Shown: positions 12,901 to 25,069 of the stretch, one piece after another
How the letters are laid out: each line of letters opens with the position of its first letter
Numbering within the stretch: position 1 is the stretch's first letter
Assembly (NCBI RefSeq): GCF_000143415.4
Contig: NW_003314316.1
Location: 598,182 to 662,181, forward strand
Direction: 5' to 3'
DNA from: Selaginella moellendorffii
Taxonomy: Eukaryota > Plantae > Lycopodiophyta
Length of the DNA stretch: 64,000 nucleotides
The notes under the pieces: model-generated
What the model was told of the DNA's origin: nothing
Databases searched by the model: none
Seen by the model: the letters and a program-made list of their open reading frames with translations, nothing else
Position numbers and translations under genes: made by a program

Positions 12901-15900
12901 TTAGATTTTTCCAATGGCTGATCTATTGATCACTTTGCCCGAAAACCATTCCATTTTCGAAAGCCAATACAAACTAGTGAAGGGGTTGGAGTTGACTTCG
13001 GTTGGCTTAGATCTTAGTAAGTAGTTTGTATGATGCGGCCAAAAGGGATGCTAACTTTTGGGGCTAAGGCAATTAAGTTGGATAGAGTCTGGAGTTAGTG
13101 TAGAAAAGTGGCCGTTGCACTTTTCCAGAAAGGTGACCCTTGTGCCTTTCTTTTATAGTGTTCTGCTTGGTGGCAGGTTGCACCTTGCATTTCACTAAGA
13201 CTCTATGAGAGTAGTGAGCTCTCACTGATTTTGACTTGGTCTTGGTGGCTCTGTGCCTTGGCTAAGGATAGTGATGTTCAACTTAGTTGTTTGAGTTTGA
13301 GATGTTGGTACCCGTACTATAGCTTTGTCTATGAGGAGGTTGTGTACCGATATAGATCCATCTCATGGTTTTCACTTTAGTTTCGGCTGAGTGTTGATCA
13401 TGCATAGCTAGCCTCTTCAAGGCATGCTCAGAGCTATTGACTAGATGTGTTTGTGAGCTTATCGCGGTTGAGTTGGATTTGAGTAGCAATTTAGTTTATG
13501 CTTGTCTATGAACCTTTATTTCATACCTGGGGTATTATGTTCATGTCGGACAAGTATATGACTTGATGACAAAAAGTTAGTGTTTGGGTCTTGTGAAGGT
13601 AAGTTGAAAAGTGATTGTTGGTTGCCTTGTGACTAATGGTTGCTTATAGACTTCGTCGAGGACCTCTGATACTTGCTTCACTCGATGATAGTTTAGCGGT
13701 GATGGGCTTGCTTTACCGGATGGTGTTGCGGAGGATCACGTCGTTAGACTTACATGGTTTTTCCATGTTAGCATTTCGATTTTACCTCTATTGATATCAT
13801 TTGGTTACGTTTAGTCCGTGGTGTTGGATTTCATTGAGTCTTGGACGTGGTGATTCACTCCTTGAGGAAGTGTTATCTGTACCTAAGTATTGTTGAGAAA
13901 TTGGTCTCGGATACTGAGTAAAGTATCTCCGACTTTGGTTAGCTTGGTTGCTAGAGAGCTTTGAGTGGTGATACACTCGTGCTTTCTTCTAGCTTTGTTC
14001 TAGTGTTGGTGGCACTGAAGTGATGCTTTGTCGTTGACATTGTTGATGTTGAGATTTCAGTGAAATGAGATGTCTCTCCGCAAGATTGATGTCGAGTTTC
14101 ATTAGTCTTAATAAAGATAGCGTTGATGATTTGGCTATAACTTTGTGTTATTAGCATTCGTGCATTTGCTAGTTAGCAACTGTATTGACGTTCAAATGAA
14201 CTGAGTAGCAAGTTGAGTTAGTTGTGTTCTAGACAAGATTATTTAATAGGGGTTAAGCTTTGGCTTTTCCTTGAAAAGTGATTTAGTCATGGACTATGCT
14301 AACTCTACAAGCGGGAGAGTTAGTGATCGATATTGGATATTTGAATCCTTATGGGATTTTAGTTGAAATATATCGATCATTGATGATTCTTCTTGTGTTT
14401 ATTATAAAGTGACTTACGTCTTGCTATAAATGGATTCATGGAGGATCATTTGGTGATCACTTGTCGAGCATAACTTCGTTATGCTTAGCTTTTGGATTGA
14501 TGCAAATATGCTCTTCATTAGCTTTGCATTATAAAGTTTGGCTTATGGATATGTTAAGGAGAATATTATGGGTTGCACCATGATTTCTTCTTTAGCATTG
14601 AAGTTGATTCATGTAAGACTTGTGATCATTGTTAGGAAAGACTTGGCTATAGACTTCTTCGAGCTTTTGGTTCTTTGAGTTTTATGCTCATTGTTCCATT
14701 TGTTAAAAGTTGTTGGGGAAGACATTTTGGCTTGTTAGCTTCGATGAAGTTGGTATTTGCATCTAGCAATTATTGGTGATGATTGACTATCATTTAGGAT
14801 AGTTGATTCTCCTTATCAAAAGGATTTGCTTGATTATTGTTGATATCGAATAATTTGCTGTTCTTCGGGATGGTGGATTCCTTCTTTGACGATGATTATG
14901 CATCTCTTTATTGATGGGATGATTGATGATCTTTCGTGATAGTTAGTTATTCTCTTTGATGGCTTCTGGCTTTTTGCAATACCACATGTTCTTTGTGATT
15001 TGCTTTGGATTGGTCTCTTGGGTTTGAGACATCAGTAGGATGTTGCTGACACTTGCTTCGGCAACTTGAGTTCCTTGGTATTGTTGGCTGGGATCTATTC
15101 AGATTAGCTTTTGTGATAGTTGGCAGGAATGAGTGTTTGTTGGTCTTACCACATTCATTCTCTTCTGTTGATTGTTGCTCAAGTTACTTTTGATAGATTT
15201 GGATGTTATTTCCTTTGGGTGATACATTCGCGAGCATTTTGCTTATCAGTCAATGATACTTTGTGTTCTTTGAGTTGTCTTTTGTAAGTTGTTTGGTATT
15301 CTGTCTGCAATCTTTAATAGTTAAGCTTTATCATTGAGTTTACTTGATGATATACTTGCTATTGAATTTTGTTAGACGGCGAATCCTATGTTTACCAACT
15401 ATAATGATCTTGGTGGTTCCTGCACTATTATACTGGTTTATCGGATGATAACTTGCTTAGAATACTTTTGTGTTCTACTCTAAGATATAATCACTGATAA
15501 TTAAGCTTCTAAGATATCATTGTTTCTGACTTTGATATTGTCTATCTATTGATCTTTGAGTTTGGGCCAGTATAGGCAGACTGGCTTCGGCACTTCGTGT
15601 GCATGGTGAAATCTCTAGTCATGGGGTAGCTACTGTCGACTGGTCACATAACCCGCCTCTCTGTCGATGTTCCTTATTCCGTTAATAAGGGCGTGACCGT
15701 GTAAACAACTCTAATTGCCTGTTTACAGTAGTCTATCTAAACCCTTACCGACGGGTTTGGTTTCTTTGCTCAGGAGGGTTGGGGCCTCTGGCTTCTCTCT
15801 CTATGTCTCTGCGGGCAGGGCATATCACACTTTTGTAAGCTGGGTGACTCCCAGAGCAGCAAGGGTGGCTAACTCCGTTGGTCATTTCTTTGTCGGCGAC

Positions 15901-17235
15901 GGCCGGAAGGTGTCTGAGCTAGTAGCGCATCCGCGTTAGACAAAGAGGTTGCCCCCTAACTCATTTAAGTTGGTGCATTTCTCACATAGTGTGAATACCG
16001 TGAACTTTTTCTGGAGTTGTTTCCTTGGCAGTATTCTAGACTCGAGTATGCATCGACGAGGACGTCGATTTTCCCTAGGGGGGGAGAGTGTCGTGCATAT
16101 GACTTCGGGTATCGAAAGTTACCTGTCGACTAGTCCTTACGGACACTCTTACCTTACTGCCACGATGGCAGGAGGTCGGTATTGCTGGTTCCTTTTATCA
16201 GCCCCTTTTGTTCAAGTGTTAGTAAATTGGACTTTGCATTTGTACTTGGCCGGATAAGCACAAGGACGGAATTCCTAAGTGTCTATTCAGCCAAACATAC
16301 TTGGCCTGGCTTTTTAGTTCTCTTTTGCTCTGTCTTGCACTAGCTTGACAAGAACCCTCGCGTATTGAGATTGGTCCCTCAATATCGCTACATGATAGCT
16401 TACCGTGTCTGCCAAACACCCTTGCTATCATGCCCTTTGTGTTAGTCTCATTTCGGTCCCAAATGCTATTTATGGAAAGTGTCTAGATTTGCTTATTTGG
16501 TATATCTACGGAATGTAGAGATTGTCCTGAACACAATGGTGTTCGTCCCGTGTCCAAATTCGCAATCTAAGGACATTCCATATTTAGTAAGTTTCGAGCT
16601 TGTCCCAGAGACTAACTCCTGATACTAAGGGAGGCTTGGGGTGAAAGCCCAAAGCGTGTGTTCCTCAAGGGGGGGGGGCTATGGGGGGTTCCAAATGTAT
16701 AGTAGGGATAGTGGGTAGGTCGGGCATGGCCGACCAACCTGAGGCATAGTCTAGCTCCCGCTTGCGTGCCTGTCCTTGTTCTACGTCCGGCTTGGGTCTA
16801 AGCCCAAGTTCCTTTCCATGCTAGTTGGTGGAGTACCCATGTCCTCGCGTTAGGCCACCGGTATGCCGAAATAGCGTCAGACTCCGTTTGGCTCCGTTTT
16901 GCGTGCTGGTCCTGGCATTGGGATACTGGTTACTCTAGGACTATTCCAAGTCGCTCCGGGCTCCTGTCCCTTCGCTCCTTGGGCTTCATGCTCGGGAGTT
17001 GCTCCGTGGTTCGGTTCCGTCACTCCTTGGCTTTGTGCTTGGGAGTTTGGCACTGTTCCTTCGTTCAGTGGCCCAAGGCCCTGAACCTCAGGTTCCTATG
17101 GACACGTGGCATGGACACGTGGCATGTGACACGTGGCATCTGTCACGTGGCACAAAGAGGGTTTAGGTTCCGCTTCGTGGTGTTATCCTATGGTAAATCA
17201 TCATAGGATAAAGGGTCAAAACCACGTGCGCTACA
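9960..17235 (+). mobile_element. Non-autonomous (LARD-like) family-C LTR retroelement; LTRs 9960-11109 and 16089-17235
   Basis: Near-identical TG..CA LTRs; PBS TGGTATCAGAGC at ~11112; PPT GGGGGGAGAG before 16089; perfect TSD GCATC (9955-9959, 17236-17240); 5-kb interior has no coding ORF. Confidence 0.92.
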
Positions 17236-17240
17236 GCATC

Positions 17241-18801
17241 AAACCCCTTGCTTGGGGGAGTCCCGTGATGAAGTCCATTGTAAGACATTTCCACGGACGA
17301 TCTGGAATTGGGATGCTTTGCAACAAGGCCCCACTAGCCTTAGTCACGGCTTTGACCTGCTGACATGTTGGACATGTCTTTACATAGTCTTGGACGTCCT
17401 TAGCCATATCTGGCCAATGGTACTTCCTCTTGAGTAAGCCTATCATCTTGGGCACTCCGCCGTGTCCCGCAAGAGGTCCATCATAATACTCTTCTAAGGC
17501 TACCTTCCTTAGTTCCCCTTCTGGAACATACACCCTCGTTTGCTTGTAATAGATGAGTCCGTTGCGTTCCGCATAATCCGTTTTCTCTTCCGTTGGCAAC
17601 TCACCTCTCTGGTGAGCTTCCTATGCCTCTAGATTCCTCAGCAACACTTCTTGTGCTAGACCATTGTTCTCATATGCTGTTCGCACATCGTCCCAGAAGG
17701 TTGCTGTTGCGCTGGATATTGCCAACCTCAAGCTCGCTTTTCGACTTAGCGCATCCGCCACGATGTTGCTCTTCCCAGGCTTGTACAGAATCTCGCAATC
17801 AAACTCGGCCAAGGCATTGGCCCACCGACACTGTTTCCCTCTCAGGTCGGGTTGTGACAAAAAGTGTTTCGTTGCCACATTGTCCGTGTAAACCTTGAAG
17901 TGTCTCCCAAGGTAGTGTTGCCACTCCTTGAGCGCCTTAACCACCGCAAACAATTCCTTCTCATGGGCAGGCCACTTCCGTTGAGCCTTGTCCAACTTCT
18001 TTGAGAAGAACGCTATTGGATGGTTGTCTTGCTTCAAAACTGTGCCCAACGCAAAGTCTGGAGCATCCGTTTCTACCTCAAAGTCTTTACCAAAGTCTAG
18101 TAATGCCAACACGGGAGCCTTCCTCAACTTCCCTTTGAGGTGGACGAATGCCGCTTCGCATTCCGCTGTCCATACCATCTTCCCTTTTTCTGTTTGGTCC
18201 GTTAAGGGCAAGGCTACTCTCAAATAGTGTCTGATAAACTTTCGGTAGTAGATGCATAGCCCCAAGAACACCCTCAACTCATGTATATTCGATGGTCGCT
18301 CCCATTCCTGGATCACTTGGACCTTCTCCGGGTCCACCTTGAGCCCGTCCTGGCCCACCACATGCCCGAGAAACTTTACCTCTTGTTGAGCAAAGTCACA
18401 TTTGCTCTCTTTAGCATACAGTTTGTGTTCCCTTAGTTTCTCAAACACCTTCGCCAAGTGTTCGGCATGCTCCTCTAGTGTCTCGCTATAGATCAGGATG
18501 TTGTCAATATAGACGACCACGAAGTGATCTAGATAGGGTACAAAAATGTGGTTCATCAGCGCCGAAAACGTTGCTGGCGCATTGCATAGCCCGAAGGGCA
18601 TCATCAAAAACTCAAAGCTCCCATACCTCGTTCGACAGGTTGTCTTCTCGACATCTTCCTCGGCTACCCTGATCTGGTAGTATCCTGACCTTAGGTGAAT
18701 CCTCGAGAAGTATTTTGCCTTTCCCAACCTATCGAACAGGTCCTCAATTCTTGGCAAAGGGTACTTGTTCTTCTTTATATACTTGTTAAGCAACCGGTAG
18801 T
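17241..18801 (-). pseudogene. RT / RNaseH / integrase N-terminal (zinc-binding) part of the family-B pol
   Basis: ORF 17621-18793 ([40 protein letters not shown]) and ORF 17231-17599 (GH..CPTC). Confidence 0.92.
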
Positions 18802-18825
18802 ATGCTCTATTTCGTTAAAGTGGGA
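18802..18825 (+). repeat. Left TIR of the DNA transposon
   Basis: Reverse complement of 32528-32551 with one mismatch. Confidence 0.92.
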
Positions 18826-19461
18826 TTTATTCAGTAAAATGGGACTAGGTACAAATTTTCAAGTATTTGAAAATGACGTGAAATTATATGTTTTTTGTCC
18901 AGGGGCTAGACATATCTGGGGCATGGTGACTAGCGCGGTGACTTTATGTCCAGACTGAGTCCATTTGGTTGTATAATAAATCTCATTGTCAAGGTGAACA
19001 AGCCGAATCTGAAGCTAAAGAAGAGCGATGGCATGCGCGCACACACTATTTGTTTGTTCATTGAGCATGTGGTGAGCTTTCCAAGATGAACGTCATTCCT
19101 ATTAGCCAAACATATAACTTAATGGTGAGAACATTTAGATATTATTCAATGTTATCTTTTTCTAACGAATCTAATTATGAAGGTGTAGCAAGAGGCATTG
19201 CTAGTCTGGAGAAGTCATTTAACTCATTTGACCCTTAGTGTATTTTCATGAAACTAAATAACATTCATATTATTAAGGAATTTCTCTAGTACCTTTTTTT
19301 TATGACATAGAGGCTTGCATTTCTTTCAAAGGTGATTTAGTAAAAGGCCTGAGGGCACATGCCATTCTATTTCTCAGACCGGTATTAAGATATACTAGTG
19401 CAAAGGGAAAAAGGTATTTGGTGATCAAGTAAATGGCATGAGGGCACACGCCATTATAAGC

Positions 19462-19719
19462 CTAAGCGCTAGTGGACACCTCCTTTTTGGTACTCTCAAC
19501 GGTACTATCATCCTTCTCCGGGTCAGTTGTTTTGTTTTGGATTGTTGTCTCTGACGTTACTGGGGTGTTCTCGATAGTTGTTAATGTTGCCGTTTGTTCA
19601 GAAAAATGATCACCTGGAGTATAGTACGGGGAGTTTGGAAGACTTATATATTCTACATCTTCACCTATCTCCTTCTCCGTCTCCTTTTCTGCCTCATTTA
19701 CAGATTTTGTGCTTGCCAT
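19462..19719 (-). CDS. Possible small orphan ORF or exon (85 aa, Thr/Glu/Lys-rich) inside the transposon
   Basis: MASTKSVNEAEKETEKE... open in an AT-rich region, with palindromes on both sides; no recognisable domain. Confidence 0.25.
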   Translation of the reverse strand: MASTKSVNEAEKETEKEIGEDVEYISLPNSPYYTPGDHFSEQTATLTTIENTPVTSETTIQNKTTDPEKDDSTVESTKKEVSTSA

Positions 19720-20357
19720 GAGAACGCTCTTCACCCTAAAATATGGAGTTCGTTGTGTTATAAAAGGAAACCAACTCACACGCTGCAAGGGAATGATGGT
19801 ACATAAAGCACGTAAGCCCACAATATGGGTTTATGTGCCATTAATATGGGCCACACGCCATATTATTAGATTTATGCACGTGTGATTGGTAAATGCATAT
19901 GTCACATCATCTTTGTTTTACCTCACACACTATATCAGGCCTAATGAACCATATCACATGTGCGCACATGCTATATATATGGAGAAGTATTATGCAAGGA
20001 TAGAAATTCAATGCATGATTGTGGAGAGCAATGGCATGAAGCCACATGCTAAATAACATTTTGGAGAAAGAATTAAAATAAAAACATGCAAACAGTACTA
20101 AGTGGACCAAGACTTAGAAGTGCACAATTGAATGAGGTATTTCTAATAAATACTTCACTCACCTCATATAGGAATGGCTACCACTCTCAAATGGCGTATC
20201 GCCTCATGCCATCACCTCGCAATTTGTTATAACAATCCGATGAATTCATATTCGGCTTGTTCACCTTGAAATTTAAGTAAGATTTGCTAGAACAACTAAG
20301 AATTTATACTTGTTATTTATATCATCTCACCTAGGAATGGCGTAAGGCCACATGCCA

Positions 20358-23300
20358 TCACGCCTCCTCTGATTCAGATTCGGATTGTTCACCTTGAAAT
20401 AAAATACATTAGAAACTTAGTAAAGGAATATTCATGAATCTCACCTTGAACCCGGGTTATGAATGCTCTTGCTGCATCTCTTGCATGGTCTGGCAATGTG
20501 ATGGTGGCACTCTGCTTTCGCATCCAACCATGCACAACATTATCCACCGATATGCTCATGCTGGGATCCCTTGGATTCAGCACCCATCTCTTTTCTAGGC
20601 AATCGTTCGTATATCCGGAACTTGGCTTGAACCACTCCACAGTTACATTGAAGGAGTTAGTTTCCGTGTCCTCCTCTGCATCAGTGATGCACCGCCCCAC
20701 CCATATCATTTGTTTTTTATTACTGGGTCTGACAAGCACGACCATTCCTTTGCAGACCTGTACTGGATTGAATGCTGAATCCGGCTTCTTGTTCCTCGGC
20801 CCACAATAGTGATCCTCAACATCGTTATCTGTCACTGCATTTCCAAAGGACATTGTTCCGCTACTATCTGGTGCTCTGGGTTCTGGCCAAAAGGACTCTT
20901 CTAATTCTTCATATACAACCGGCCCATTTTGGATAGCAGATATAATCTTCTCCCAGTATTCGAGCAAAGGTTTGCACCTCTGAAAATAGGATTCTCCACC
21001 AAACACCAACCCCCTCTTCCAGAAGGCAATATGCTGTCTAATCCCGGCCACTATACTTTCCTGGTCTTTGAGTCCATCCGGGTGCATCGGCTGTGGGGAA
21101 CCCTGAGGAATCATAGGTTCCCCAGTTATGGGATCTCTCTTGAAGAGTTCAATGCCGTCCACTGGTAGCGACACTGTGTCCCATTCTCTCATCTTGTACC
21201 TCATCACTGGAGCACCGTCACACATGCTGAAATGAAACTGAAGAGGCTTGGAGTGGCCAATCAGCGTTTCGGATCCGTCCCTGATGTAGCCTCTTACAAA
21301 CCCCTTAAAGTCTGGAACCTCTGTCAGAAGTGCAGCTTCAATAGTGCCTTTGATGCAATTTTGGAATTCATCGTAGAGTTGTGGGAGGGTGAGGACATTG
21401 GATCACCGGAGGGACTCTGCCAGGTGACTGAACATGGCATTGACGTCTTCATGAGTGTGCCCAACCATGAGAAAGCCAAGTGTAACCGTTTCAAATATGC
21501 CTTTGGCAACAAGCATCGCCAAGTACGTGAAGACGTACATGTTTTTGTTCTCACTGCCAGCATTGTCTGTTTGGAGCAGAAGATGGGGTGGAAGGCCACA
21601 TCGGCCGCAAGAACTTCCTTGAGATTCTGCTTCGTTTGGATGAGGCTGTGCATTCACCGGGCGACCAGCCTCATCGGAATGGCATGAGGCCTCACGTGAT
21701 AACCCTACAATCTGATGGCCAACATATTCACTGGGATGGCATGGGGCCCCACGCGATACTGCAAGCCTTTGCTCCTCCTCCAGCTGAACCCTGTATGGGG
21801 TTCGATCGACAAGGGCCTTATGCAAGGGTTGGCCGTTCAGCTCAGTCTGCGCACTTTGCAGAGACCTTAAGTGTTTTGCTAGGGACGCAATCATCATGTT
21901 TGCACCCCCGCCACCCCATAGAGGTACAAAGAAGTTCCCATAGTTCTGGGCACCATGCCCATGAGCGATTATGCCAAACAGAGACACAGGCAGCTGCATG
22001 GATGAAGAGATTGCCTTGGGGGCAGGATTGAGTCGAGGTAAGCACATCTTTTTCTGGTCCATTTTGTCGTGGATGATGCAGAGGTAAGAGTCAGGTCTCT
22101 CCATGGAGAGAATCCTGTTATGATAATATGCAGTCCTGCAGCTTCTCTGCTCGATGTTGTGGTCGAGCCGCCTTCTAACCAACGTCTCTCGCTCTTGAGC
22201 GCTGCAAGAATTCTTCGACAAAGCCATTTTGATAGCAGTGCACTCGTCACACTTTGAAAAGCTGGAGTACTTTCCTATACTCACATTCCTGAACCTGTTG
22301 CTCCACAATCTACTAAATCTAGATTGGCTCAGCTTCCTGTAGCCATTACTCTGGAGTTCCCGATTCACATCTTCCAATATGGCCCCCTTGGTATACATGG
22401 AAGGGAGAACTCGTTGGGTGTCTCGTGTTCCATCTTCCAAGAGGCGGGTTTTATGTGGTTGCTGCTCGCTACATGTCTCGACAAACCTCTTGAAGATTGC
22501 CTCTCCATATACAACATGACCCCTGGTTTTGTGCGTACCGTCGTTCCCACGGACTGCCTGTTGAACCCTTTATTCCTCAAACTCAGTTTTGATTCTGTAG
22601 AATGTGGTTCGAGGGACTCCATAAATGATTCTCCATGCCTTCATGCAGACCAAACCCCTCTGGAAGACCATGCCCCCCACCTGATGTTCTGAAGCATCAA
22701 CAGATGACCGTAATGCCTCATACACAAAATTGCGAGCTGCCTTCCAGGACAATGTCTTGTATCTTGCTCTCTCCTCTTCAATAGCATCCCAATTAGCATG
22801 TTGATAGCACCTCCTCTTGCAACAAGCAACTGTCGAGACCATTCGAACCTCTATCGCCATTTTTTGCCTTTTCGGTTCGTTGCTCAGATCCCTTTGGCTG
22901 CGCTTTAGGAAGGTGTACTTTCTTTTCCCATGAAGAGATGTTCTGTCATCAGTTGTAGTGGTGTTTGATTGTGAATCCTTCACATTCTCAAACACTAAGT
23001 GCCTCAATTTCCACCGCACAATGCTTCCAATAGTCAGACTGTTTTCTTCTGTGTCAACAACCTCTAAAATCGCAACTCCAATATCATCCCAGCCCAATTC
23101 TTGATTAGCAACCGCATCTCTTGGATCGACAACTGTGGCTAAGCCCTCAGCTACCACCTCCCCCTCGGGGTTGTTTAGAAACACCTTTACCTGAATCCAT
23201 GTAGCACGGTTCTTAAGATCCACGGAGGGAACATGCGTCGCACTTGCGCTGTCCCCAACATCTGCTTTCTTCTGAAGATTTTTCAAGGCAACAACAACAT

Positions 23301-23499
23301 TTACCCCGACGACCATCTCTCCTCGTTCAATAGCGACCACATTCCCATCGAAGACAGTCTCTACTGATACAGCAGCATTGCCTTCCCCAAGCCTTTGACA
23401 GTGTATAACAAAGTTCCGATCCATAGACACAAGGGTCCCTTTTGCAACTCTCTTCCCACCATTCAAAATGTAAATCTTTTCCCCAACCTTGAAGGCCAT
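20358..23499 (-). pseudogene. Sola1-like DDD/E transposase, ~1029 aa, two in-frame premature stops (22570, 21403), last intron 20393-20444
   Basis: ORFs 22570-23499, 21403-22440 and 20389-21225 share one frame; motifs FSKCDEC, HDKMDQ, LQTDNAGSENKN, FLMVGHTHEDVN; the spliced end reads VQG|EQSESESEEA*. Confidence 0.82.
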
Positions 23500-23687
23500 T
23501 CTGAAAGTGCAGAAAAGAAGTTAAGACTATACAAAAAATGATTGGAGAATGGCCTAAATCATAACATACCAAACAACCTCAATAGCATGAGGCCACATGC
23601 CATTATTCAAACATGCTATTGACACCCACGTGAAATTTCGCATTCACAAAATTGGCATGAGCCCTCATGCCATTAATGGTACCACTA

Positions 23688-23879
23688 ATGGCATGAGGCC
23701 TCACGCTATCTTTGGCCCCTGCTAGCCTGTTGTTATATTCCTTTTGCCTTGCTGCAACTGTATATATTTTTGTGTGCGTGACTAGTCACCCATACAAAAA
23801 TATATACAGTTGCAGCAAGGCAAAAGGAATATGGCAATAGGCTAGGAGGGGCCAAAGATGGCATGAGGCCTCATGCCAT
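23688..23879 (+). repeat. 192-bp near-perfect inverted repeat (hairpin)
   Basis: Symmetric about GTGACT|AGTCAC at 23783/23784; each arm ends in a 22-bp palindrome. Confidence 0.9.
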
Positions 23880-25035
23880 CTTGATATACACACAGCTGCA
23901 GGCAAGTAAAAACATACATGACAATACGCTAGCCATGAAATTGCAAGGGCCCAAGATGGCATGTGGCCTCATGCCATTTCTAAATGTGGTCCTAAGCCAT
24001 TCCATGGTGAACATACCAGGAAGCACAAGTGCCGAATATCAAGAGGAAGCGGTAGCCACACCAAAGACAGTGTCGCTCACAACACCGCAACTACTCGTAG
24101 CGCCGCTCGCAACACCGCAACTGCTCGTAGCGCCGCTCGCACAAACTGCCACTCGCATAAACTGCCGCTCGCAATGGCGCTCACAATGCCGCAACCGCTC
24201 GTAGACACATAAACCACAGCCCACAACGCCGCTTACACAAGCAGCGCTCACTGCGCTCAGCGGAACCAAGAACACGGCACAAAAAAATGATAGACCTAGG
24301 AATGAGTTCGAGAATTCAAAAATAACACACGCTTGAACGTCACATCAAATCCTCTGACAAACCAGATCTTATGATTCCTCTGACAAATTTCAAACTGAGT
24401 AGCTTCTAGACTTTGCTGTCGGAGGTTGAACTTTGTCACATCATGTCCTTGCCTCGATCCAGCTGTGCCATGTCAGTGATTCGAACTTTGCCATGCCATG
24501 TCAGCGATCCGCACCAAGATTATTCGCCGTGTAAAGGAATAATTATGCTGTGTGTGTACGTCCATTTATGGCAATATAAGACCACACGCCATTCAAAGAA
24601 TAATGCTCGACATAAGGCCACACACCATTCAAAGAATAATGCTAGTCGAGCATTTTTTGGTGCATTTTTGGGTTCAAAATTGCATGAGCCCACACGCTAT
24701 AAAGTTTACCTGTACCAAAAATAGAAACAGCTTTATTTACTTGGGAATTTAAGTGGTTGAGGCATTTTTAAACTTACAAACACATGCCCTACTTACATTC
24801 CTTTGGTTGCTTAAAATTCAAAAATATTATAAACCTTTCTTTTTGCATTTTCAATGTTTTCAATTATGGTTTTTGATTTTCGTAGGACCAGCCTAGTAAT
24901 CTATTTGCATCCCGTCATGTTTATAGCTAGCTTTCGTTTGTCCCCTTCGTTAGCCTGAGATACATCTGCTCGGCATCTGCCTCTTACAGCATTTGCCCAG
25001 AAAGGGCATCTTTCTTCACGCAGCATTTGCCACAT

Positions 25036-25069
25036 GTTTAGGGTTTAGGGTTTAGGGTTTAGGGTTTAG
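25036..25069 (+). repeat. Interstitial plant telomeric repeat (TTTAGGG)4 plus a partial unit (telobox array)
   Basis: GTTTAGGGTTTAGGGTTTAGGGTTTAGGGTTTAG. Confidence 0.9.

Noticed and set aside
21640-21770. Possible intron covering the two palindromes in the transposase
   Set aside because: The frame stays open and I found no convincing donor/acceptor pair; treated as a coding insertion.
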